Shown here piece by piece: positions 37,901-49,300 of a stretch of DNA of 64,000 nucleotides (position 1 is the stretch's first letter; every line of letters starts with the position of its first letter). Below the pieces are notes generated by a model. The model was not told the DNA's origin. It ran no database searches and was given only the letters and a program-made list of their open reading frames with translations. The stretch spans positions 11,098,001-11,162,000 of the forward strand of contig CM119386.1 of assembly GCA_051294905.1 (NCBI GenBank), written 5' to 3'. The position numbers and the translations under genes are program-made. This stretch comes from Botryllus schlosseri (lineage: Eukaryota).

Positions 37901-38497
37901 CTCTGTGCATATGTCGACAGAATACATAAGCAAGAGCAGCCATTGTTAAAGTTCATGAATACCTTGATTAAGATATTTGAGAATTACCAGAAAGTCACAA
38001 GAGTGTCTCTTCCGTTGCTGAAGACGATTCAATTACTCCTACAGCGAGGTTACTTCACCGGAATCTCTGAAATCATGGAGGACCCGTCGAAATCGGACTC
38101 GCCGATTAATAGCGTTCCCGATCGAATTTTCGCGCTCGTTAAAAACGAGATTGCGCGCACCAAAGACGCACAGAAGATACTGATTGGGCTGGAAGTGTTC
38201 TGTAATTTCTTTCAATTTCCTTCGCCGGAACTGCGTAAGCGCACCATGAGCCGGTTAGTGTGCATGCTGGGCCATCAGTTTCCAAAAGTTCGAAGGTCGA
38301 CCGCGACACAACTCTACGAAGCAGTGTTGACGTACGAAGACTTGGTGCCCGATTGTGAAAATCTCGATACGGTTATCGTGCTTCTCAGTGAGAATGAGTG
38401 GGACGGGCCAATTCAAACTGTGAGGCCAATCAGGAATGAGCTATGCCGGTATTTTGATGTTCCAATTCCAAAATCAATTGCTAAGAAGCCAGAATAA
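34940..38497 (+). CDS. TBCD: Tubulin-specific chaperone D (1185 aa, CDS without introns)
   Basis: Conserved TBCD motifs: [147 protein letters not shown]. One uninterrupted ORF. Confidence 0.97.
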   Translation: [1185 protein letters not shown]

Positions 38498-40353
38498 GTA
38501 ATGCATCCTACATGTTGATCCGTTTTCTGATGTTACTTTACATTTTGGGTGTCAAGACCTATTCATTCGTGTTTACAAGTATGCTGGTGATATGTCAATT
38601 GGTTAATTATGAGATATAAAGTAGTTGCACTGTTCCTGCAATTTATATGTGAATTTGTTGTATGAGCACTGTTCTTTTGTTGTAATTCGGCGGAATACAC
38701 TAGAATGACTAGATCATTTATAGTAAATGAATCTTGTGTATTTGTAAGGTGGTGAAGTCTGTCATGTAAGTGGCAATGTGCAGTCGATAGTAGAACTAGT
38801 GTCGAGCTGGCCTGGCACAGTTATGGCATTCAGCCCTACTAATTTGGTAGATTTACTGTATGATGATGGGTTGCATGCCCTGAACTACCAAAGTATAGCA
38901 TAAGGTACGTTTTGGTGAGGTCAACCCAGTTCTCGATGGAACTGTGAAGCAAAAATGTAGTGAACTAGGTTCTCTGGCAACAGGGGTCAACTAGCATGAA
39001 AACACAAGCACTGAAATTTCATTTAGCGTCATTAGGGGCAATGTAACTTGATGATTTCACTATCGACACGAAACTGATTTCCTCATAAAACCTCAAGCGA
39101 GAGCTTCTTAGAACAACTACCAGTGGCGAAAACCAACCATGCTTCGACAAAGTCGAGTTACTTTTATATTGACCACCGTAGTTCCAATCGACTCTACAGT
39201 TGGACCCAAATCAAGACTATATCAACGTCAGAAACTGACATTGGCCTCTACCCAATTGTTCAAACCTTTCAACAAACTCATTACAAGCAAACACTGAAAG
39301 CAAGGTTCCGACATAACTCGATCATGTCACGCAGATCTAACCGCTCCAGAATTCAACTAAACCCTACAACGGCGACAGCATTTTATCAATTTATTAAAGC
39401 ACTGTACAGAAGGAAATGGTACCTACAAAATCGTCACAGTAGAGCACTCCATCTACGAACGAAACGTTTTTCTTGTCATAAAAGCAACATCAAGTCGTAC
39501 ACACAGAGCGACGCAAGGCATCGCCCGACTCTTGCGATAATGACATTTTACAAACAATTTGAAACGCGAAGTAAGGTCTAGGTTTCAGGTGGCGATTGTC
39601 GGCCTCCGAGAACAAGAAAAACATCGAGGCAAAAGTGAGAAAATAAAAAAAGTATCTCAAACTTTACAGCGGAAGCAGCCACTGGAAAAACTGATGAAAT
39701 TAACCGTCATAACCGACTTTCGTTGAGTCAAACCAGTTGTCAGTCATGATACGAAATCAGACTTCCCCACCGACAGAAACAGAACACATAGACGAATAGT
39801 ACGAATTGCAAATCTGCCAGTTAGCTTCACCGTAACAAAGCCTTACATTCGAATAGCAAAGAATGAGGTGAATAAGTGACAGCAAACGCGCAAGAAATAA
39901 AATAAGGTTTCCAGGTTACGAATGACACCCGAATCACCAGAATTCTACAATACTTGGTGAGCTACACCCATATACAGAGCATTATCGGATTCTGTAATTT
40001 ACGGCATATTCAATTCGGTTCGTAGTAACTACATGTATCTGCGTTATAAATATAGGCAGTTCGAGTCTCAGAAAATCACACGCTACATCGTTATAATCGC
40101 ATGGATCACTTTGCCTTACACATCATTACCCGTTATCCACGAGTAACCAGGCTGTGACGAGTATAATCGAGTCAGCTGTACTCTCTATTCCCTTTCGGTA
40201 ATTCGATCGAATGTAAGTGCATGCGATGTGTATAAAATTCGTGTCTGGTGGTTAAGATCCTTCCGGAAATATCATCACAACCGCTAAACGACAGTATGTA
40301 GTTCCAATAAAATACGGCGTCGTGTTTCTTCTGGCGCTCTAGCCGCGATGTGG

Positions 40354-43300
40354 TCACTTTTTGTGTAAGGAGCGCGCGCTTACCATTCCCCCATCGTCAG
40401 GCCTTCGCATGTTGCTGGCGCCCGCGAGTCCAGACTGCATATGATGGTGTTGCTGTGAATTACATGAAAATGAAGACCAAAAATACACATTTTATTGCTC
40501 GGCACAACTGTACCAGGGTCGTCATTGTGCGAATCATTTCACACTGAGATGAGCCAAAATAAATTCTGATTTTGTCAATAAAAGGCATGACCAGCACACA
40601 GTTAAACCGAAAAATCAAATATAATCGCTAGCAGAACATATTCAAGTTATGGCAATATCATATGCAGGGTGTTCGACTCGTGCAAGTCACAATGCTGGAC
40701 TATTCCACCCAGTTGCTATGCCGATTTCACTAGAGAAAATCAATGGAAACATTTACCCAAAACTGCATTAGCCTCGCCCAAAATAACAGCCAAGAAGAAG
40801 TGATCTTAATATAGCCTAAAAACACTGCTACTTGAAAAAGTTCAAAGAAATCTATTTGAGTATTTAAAAAAAGTAGAAGTGCTTCATTACCGACCACCTC
40901 TGGCGAATACCCGGCGACAAAGTAAAACACACACGGTCGCTTTCGGGCATATCTCGCAGCAAAGGCACCGCAGCATAACACACACACACACACACACACT
41001 GTACTCACCAATCTGGGAATGCCGTCCGGCGTCATAGTAGCAGCGGCGCCTCGGTGCAAACGACTGCTCACGTGCCTCTCTCTTTCCGCTCGCGACATGG
41101 GCCTCGACGAGGATGATGCTGCGAATAAGATACGTACTCCGTCAGACAATACGTAACTCGGGAGAATTTTAGACAGACACCGATCATCTTGCGTTTCTCT
41201 TTCTTCTCCTTTACATTCCAACACCGCACAAGTCCAATTCGCTGCTGCTAGCGATAAAGCTCTACACGTATCTACGAGCGTGACACAGACACAGTTTGAT
41301 TTCATTTATTTAAATAAATCTCTCGCAATCGGCAGAGGCAAAACAGTCATATCGCTTACGTTTACACTAGATTTAAACATTTCATTTACGGAACAAAAAA
41401 GTGCATTAACTACTTATAGAACGGACATATTCCCGGACAGTGTACGGGACTTGGTGTGGCTTTGCAGACACGAATGGCGTCGCATAGAACCTGCGAGTGT
41501 TCGCGTTTGGAGACGGAGACCGAGTTTTCCTTGCGATACGATCCTTCGCGAGTTGCAAGGCGTCAGGTCCGCCGTGCGTAAGAGCACGATCCTTGGCACC
41601 GTAGCCACCAGAGTCGCCGACGTACGCGGTTTTCCGCGCCCATCTCACGTCACCTTGATGCTTCTTGAACAGTATGGAACGGATTATCGCTTCTTTCTCA
41701 GACGGCGGTATGTCATCCCCATTTTTCGTCGGTGGCGCTTTAGCCACGTCGCTTACACGCTCTTCAGCCACGTGCTTTCTAGCCAAGTCCTCTCGGCTTT
41801 TACGGCTTTCGGCCCGACTCTTGCTTCTAGACCTGGACACATGGACTATAGTTGCGTTTTTGTCTTCAGCCGCATTTCTTCGTTCATGCGACAGCCATTT
41901 TAGTGTTCTCTTCTGCATTTTGAGTCCTACAGGAGTGGCCTTACCTTTAGGCCATGCGTCCGCATAGTAGATGACGCCTTTGGCGTCAGCGTCCCCAGCC
42001 GATGTGGTCCTCGGCATTTCCGGCTTAGACTCACGTTCAGATATCGGCCTGGCGCTTTTAGGCTTCGTCCGCGTGGCAGGCTCTATTTTCCTCGTGTCAA
42101 CTTGACACTCCTTTTTCTCTTTATCATCTCTAGACGGTGATCGCGATCGGCTACTAGTGGATTTCCGAGATTTTCGGCCACTGTTCACGCTCGGCGATCT
42201 CTTAGACCGGTCCCCGGCTTTGGGGCGTCGGCTGAGGTGGCTCGGCGGCGGCGCACGGGGCGCGTTCGAATCGTACAGCTTCAAATAACCCCGAAAAACT
42301 TTTGCAAATTCTTTGCTAGACAGCACCGCGTTGTTGTCTTTCGATGGGTGATGTCTGCCATCAACAGGGTCGAAGAAATTAGCGACACGCACGATAGAGT
42401 AAGGTAAATTACGAGGGTCGTCACACCCTGGCGACACACTTTTCAGAGTGAGCATCTCTCGTGAGCTTAACGCTGTCCGGCTACGTTTGCTGCAGTCTGA
42501 GGGCGCCACCTTTTGCTTGAAAACCACTGAGGATCGGCGGTCGGTGCCTCGTGCACCTTGGAAGGATATTTCTCTATCGTTAGCGGCAGATTTTCGACGC
42601 TGCGCTAGTTTCCAGTTGCTGACGTGATGGCGTTCGCCGTCGGCGGCTGTTTTCGGCCTTTGATTTTTCTGCCTGGTCATATCGCTTTCGCTTTTTGCCG
42701 CGACTGTCCTCTGCTGGCTCCGTTTTTTCTTGCTCTGCGGGTCTGGCAATAATACGCACGTCAACCAAAAGCACACTTTCAATACTGACGTACGTCTGCT
42801 TATATCTATCTACTAATCTACCTACAAACTACCTTTTTCTGTGGACTCCAGCGACGATTTACATCTGGCTCTGGCGGCGTGCGGCTCGCTCTGCTTGGGC
42901 TCGTATCTAGTTTTCGAAGAGGTCTAAAAGTAGCGTTCTGCGTTCACACATATCTCATAGTTTGGCGCTACATACCCTGCCTACAGTGCACACTATGCCA
43001 TGAAATCTAAAAGTACATTCTAGATAAATCGCCTAGATGACATATGGACAATTGGACATTGCCTACCGACAAATGCTACTTTCGCTCTTGTTGTTTGTCC
43101 TTTTATGATATCTACTATTACTTTTCATTCACGCATGCCTTTTATTTACATGCCCTAGGTCAGTGGTTCTTAACCAGGGTTCACTGTCTCGAGGGTTCGC
43201 CAGAGGTCAAGCCACAGACCCGACTCATACAGTGGCAGGCCCACTGATCTCCAGCATTTATTCATTGTTGTCTGTTTCATGTGAAATCGTGTCTGGTGTT

Positions 43301-46300
43301 GTTCTTTTAACACTGGCATTGATACACAGCTCATTTTGTGCACCGGTAATATTTAGTAATGTATTAGATGTGCGATGTGGTGGACTTTTGGTTTTGCGAC
43401 TAGGAGAAAATTAGAAGTTCGCTGAAGGCTTGCAAATTAGGGTAAGGGTTTGCCAGGTTAGTAAAGGTTATGAATCACTGCTCTAGGCCAAGGTGGGCGT
43501 CTGATTAAACACTACTATTGCTCTAGGCCAAGGTGGGCGTCTGATTAAACACTACTATAAGTCCTTTGGACACTCTCTTATCTTCTCATTATCGCTATCT
43601 TGTGGGGTTTTTGAATCGACATAAACATTAAATACTGACTGACTGTTTGGCGATGTAAATGAATGTGAGTCAAAGAGCTCTCGACTGAATTAATCTGACC
43701 TCGAATGTCGAATCCCTCACTACATTTACTTTTTTCTTCCCGATCTGATCCAACGTCGACTTCGACACAATGTAGTTGACCAAACCGCCGTGATCCGGAG
43801 CCCATCTCGTTTTGGCGATGCCGTGGCTTCGCGAAAACAACAGAGTGCCTTTGCTCTCGCCTGCCTTCACGTAGCCTCGATTCTTGTTGCCTTTACCGAA
43901 GTATACACGGTTGGCGTTTCTATGCCTGTCTGCGTCACTCCTGCCATCTGACACTACAGTGTTGTGTATCGATTCCATGCTGCCGACAGAGGCGCAGTCT
44001 TTAAGCAGCCAGTTCAAGGCCTTGGTCTTGCAGCGTAGCTCGTATTCTGTGGTGATCTGTCTCATGAGCGGATGGCAGGTGAGCTGCAGGCTGGCTAGGG
44101 CGTGCGAAGTTTTCTCGTTCCCCTGTCCGACATCATTGTGTTTCGATGATTTTTCTTTCAGCGAAGTCCGGCTTGTACGCTTCGCTGGATGAGACAGAGA
44201 CAAGCATAGTATCAAGAGAGAGAGAGGGAGAGAGAGCAAAATGATAATCGCTTATTTAGCACACATGACATTGTGTAGGAAACCCAACATGAAATCGGTA
44301 AAACTATAGATAACTAACCTACGGATAGATACGCAACACCCGTCGTCACGCTTGCTTGCCCGGCAGAAATTACTGCTCAGCAATCTGAACGCAACATAAT
44401 TGCTAATCCCATAGCGGACGACCCGCGTGCTAAAATTCAATGAAGTTGATCTTATTTGAAAGCTACTGTCACACTGATTCCGAAAATATACATTACAATC
44501 TAATCAGGGCAATGGAACCCCCTTAAAATACACCTCAGAGTCTGAAAATCGGCATTGTTTTGAACAATCGCAACCATGCAAGTGCCATTGTTATGGGCAT
44601 TGGGATGCGTCGCTGCGATTGCTTAGAACAATGCCGATTTTCAGACTTTGAGGTGTATTTCAAGGGGGTCCCATTGCCCTGATTAGATTGTAATGTATAT
44701 TTTCGGAATCAGTGCGACAGTAGCTTTCAAATGAGATCAATTTTATCGTATTTAAGCACGCGGGTCGTCATCAATGGGATTAGCAATTATGCTGCCTTCA
44801 GATTGCTGAGCAGAAATTTCCTGCGGGCAAGCAAGCGTGACGACGGGTGTTGCGTATCTTTCTGTAGGTTAGTTATCTATAGTAAAACGGACATCTGTTC
44901 CGAAACGATCTCAGACGTCAATTTGGTCTACAGACAGTATTGATTTTTGCTGGCGAATATTACTTTCTATGTGCCTTCATTTCGGCGTGCAGGCAAAAGG
45001 ATTGCGGGATAGGCAACTAAAACGATTTTGCAAATCTAGTTTACCACCGACATTCACTTGCACGAGTCCAAGACACACAACACGTACAGTAGTGATACAG
45101 AACATATAGAGACATTTCAAAGACAATGAACACACCAATATCGACAGACGAGAGACGTTGAATACTGATACCATAACAACAACGGCAGAAATTCACAATC
45201 GGCTATGTACGCCATCGATAGCATTTCCTACAAGATATTATTGAATAATATATTCACATTGAAATAAACCAAATATTTTCGGCTGACACACGTCAGGGTC
45301 ATCGTCACCAATTAGTAGACCATTACCCCTTGACGAGTGCCAGCCGAAAATATTCGGGTTTATTTCAAAATGAATTTATATCATTCAATTGTATATCTGC
45401 ACATTCAAGAGTCTCAACAAGACATTATCGTGTCTAGCATCATGACATTATTCAAACGTGTGAAACTAGAAATCAGCGGTGCCATGCAAATAGAGAGTAA
45501 TGAAACAAATTAAGAAAACCAACATCAATTAAAGGGATTTTCCATGTGTGTGAAGAAACGTCACTACATTCAGACAGAATTCTATGGCATTTTTAGAATT
45601 TATCACTAGATCCACACCGAAGTAATAAATGATAAACATCTAATCAGTAACCTCCGACCTCTAAATTGAAATCAATAAGATGTGATTATCAATGGAAAAT
45701 TACTAAGCAGAAAGTGACGAACCACCTTCCAAGAAAACTCGTGTGGTTTCCAGTGTACACAGAAGGCTATTTATGATACTGTAATGGCTTGTGTTATTAT
45801 GTTTCAATACCATAAGATAATGTCTCAATGGGAGCAGTTTGTTTCCAACAAAGGAAAACACATCAAAAAGGGACTGCCTTGTTTACATAAAGGATCTGAA
45901 ATCACAACAAACGTTATAATTGTATTGTGTGAGGGTTGGATACATTTAAATGGACCGGGCCAAGGGAATTCGGCGTCATGACATCATATATTTAGCCACA
46001 TAACAAGTTTGTCGGAATCTCAAATTTCACAGGCATTCCATTCTTGTGAAGGTTTTCAGGGTGGAGAAACATGTCAAACTTGTATTCCTTTACATACCAA
46101 CATTACAATCAAACACCAGTCAAAGGGCAATTATTATGAAATAGTGTAACAAACCTATACCAATGAGGCTTGTTGCATCGGGATTTGAAAATATAGGAGG
46201 AAAGCAGTTCCTTTTTGCCATCACCATCAACATGCTTGGACAATTGGGATGCCGAGTGCCTATAGCGGGGAAGCCAACGAGTTTCTGGTCTAACCCTGGA

Positions 46301-49300
46301 CTGAAGCTTGACGTAGTACCACTATGGTAGGCCTACTTGGAACTTGGAAAGATTGCAACATGAGTATTGCTTTCCTAGACAACTCCAAGTCCTTTAGAGC
46401 CAAAGAGGCGCAAAGCTTGAATATGAATCATAGTTCACCAGAAAAACAGGAAGGGTTTAAAAAATTTCAGATGTTCTCGCCAAATCTTTATGAACAGAAG
46501 TGCAAAAATAACACTGAGTAAGTATTGCCAGTAAAATGACGATATGTAGTGTTAAGCTATGTTCAATTGTTCATGAGCAAGGCACACACAGCTGACTTAT
46601 AGACATTTTTAATGCAAAATGTCAACAGAAATGGTAAAATCGTAGTCGGACACACAACGGAACCCAGAGAGATTGATTTGTTGATCGCCGCAAAACAATA
46701 ATCGAATGTATCAACAACATGTATCGACACAGAATTGCACGAGAGCACTCCGCAACTTTCCACCATTGGGTAAACAATATTTCAAATGTATGTCCGTTAC
46801 TGTGTTTGCTCGTAGCGCAGTTGGTATAAGATAGCGTTGTAGGAAAACGATCGATAATACCGTTGACAGAAATACACGTGTAACAATGCGGCTACCACAA
46901 ACAGAGGCACAAAGACAAGCACATACTACATTGATAACGTAACCAATTCTTCTAAACGACATACACCTTCAACGGAGACGCATAGCTCATAAGATCCTAC
47001 ACTCTCAATGGTATCGGCTATCTACCACTGAAAACTGTCACACAGTCACACTATTCCTACGACACAGCAGACCGGTCTCCCTGCACAAAGTCTACATGAC
47101 TGCAGTTACCTTTTCTTGCCTTAACCTTCCGATTCTATCCTCAAAAAGGAGCTAACAAAAACATGCCTGAACTTGATTCGTGTGACCAATTTTACTAACT
47201 GTACCCCGCTGTTGCTTGACATATACGATACTATCATGTTGACGATGTCACAATATTAAATCTTACTTTGTCCGTGATGAGCAGCTGAGCTTTGCATTTG
47301 GCGAATGCCCGTGGCGGCAGTGCCGCCGAGCGCGCGGTTCGTGGATGAACGAGTATGCTGGGTTCGATCTTCCCGGTCCTTCCTATCTTTGTCTTGCCCG
47401 TCGGCGTTATTCCGGCTACTCTGTAACACAAACGCATGTGTAACAGACTTACGTTGTTGAATACCGAAGATATAATTCCGTGCACACGAGATAACCCGTT
47501 TAGAAATTACATCTTTGCGATGTAAATCAAAAACAAACAAGAGGTAGACAGCATAGTGCAACAGTAAAGATAGGCCTACGCAGTAGACAGATGACAGAGG
47601 AGTGGTAATAGATTTAAAATCCAAAATTCCAATCAATGGAAGGCTCAGAAAAATACCAGAGATGGTCAGGGTAGTCACTGCTGATGTAAAGCCGTAAATT
47701 TCTGCTCCATTAAAAGTAGAAGTATCTATTACAACGACATGTTTAACTAATTAAAGTAGAAGTAGGAAATGAAGATATGAAAATTATTCGAGTTAGTAGT
47801 TTCATAAAGTAGATTTGGTTGATCTGTCGCATACTTTAAGAAGATAATCGGAAACGGCCACTTTCCAAATTCAAAAGAGCATTCTCACGTCTGACTCAAA
47901 ACAATCGTTGACAATACCATAAATAGGTGCCAATGCACTGTTCGAAGATATTATACAGTTACCGTGATAAAGGGTCTCGTTCGCTTAGTTGTCATGATAA
48001 TTTCACTCATGAAAATGCCACAAGCACCTACTTTAAAAATCCAAGGTTAGAGAAATGAGTGGTTTTGCCTACAAAACTGCAAAGCAAGTTCGTAGCACTA
48101 GTAAACAAATCCCACTTGGGTACTCAAACCGACCAGTGACAAGTGACCACCTCTGGACAGGACATTATCGAAAATGTAGTAGGCCTACCGTACATGAATG
48201 ATGCAAGTGGCGCTAACGACCAAAGCTTGAATCGGAACATTTGTCTTGCGAAAAAGAATATCAACATTTCCAGAAGTAAAATCGCCATCGGGCGTAAAGC
48301 AAGATCAAAAAGTAACGGGGCGTGTTGTCAGGTTTGTTTGTTGTGAAACTGAGCATGGTTAAACAACCATCATCCAATCCAGGCTATATCGGAAGGAAAC
48401 GAAATATGTTGTATTGTGGCAATTTAATGGAACAAGCGAGACCGGCAACAATCGAAATACCACAGGAGATTACCAAAGATAAAACCTTTGACGGCAATAC
48501 TGCAGTTGGGATTATTCCATAAGAATGCAGTTGGTCAGCACAGAAAGGTCAACGACATTCCTGAACTCAAAATTAACGGTTTCCACTTGTAAAATAATGA
48601 ATTGCACCTTTATGAAGCTGTCACAATTAGTCACTAAACATTTCCAATTACCAGTGTCGGAATTCACAAAACGGACAAGGCAAGTAATAATATAGGGCCT
48701 AGGACAGCTGTTTGGGATAGAGGCTAATTAAATGGGGTTGAAGAGAAATAAAAGATGTTATCTTAGATACGGACCAACACAATGAATACATTCTCGGATA
48801 TGACGCAATGAAAAACATATTCATCTCATTGTATCAAGCACCCCCTCACGAAAAAGAAATGTCACGTTCAAAACATAATGGTCCTCAAGCCGCCAACGGA
48901 GTTGATTCCTCATTCAAATTTCTCAATGAGCGTCGGACCACGGGACGGCCGCGATTAATCATTCATGATTCCCATATAGAATTGAATTACCCAGACACAA
49001 AGGGTTGAATTAATCTTTGTTGAAATCGACAAAAAAAGCTGCTCAAGTATCCGCCTCGTGAGCATGTCACAATGGCGACCTACACTTTAATTTCAAGCAC
49101 ATACAAATGAAGCAATGTTTTTGTAGCATCTACGATAACTGATATCAGCCTATTATTCATACGCGGTTTGGGTGAGATTCAGGGTCCAAAAGACACAAAT
49201 TACTTCAACTAGACATAGTAATCATCCTGACAAGAATGAGATTGTCAATTCTCGCTCTATCTAAAGAGCTTAAAGACACACAAACATGCATTGCGGATGG

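Noticed and set aside
38860-38900. ATGATGA...CTGA motif resembling a C/D box snoRNA
   Set aside because: No terminal stem, and not in an intron of a supported host gene.
39123-39581. 152-aa + strand ORF between TBCD and CK1 3' ends
   Set aside because: GTG start and no recognisable domain in the frames I examined. It may be a decayed retroelement or antisense to the CK1 3' UTR, and cannot be supported without a search.
46120-46295. A further phase-1 AG in CK1 intron 7 opening a 57-codon frame ([23 protein letters not shown]...)
   Set aside because: Short, with a weak polypyrimidine tract and no recognisable homology. It is expected by chance in a 6-kb intron and would need junction reads.
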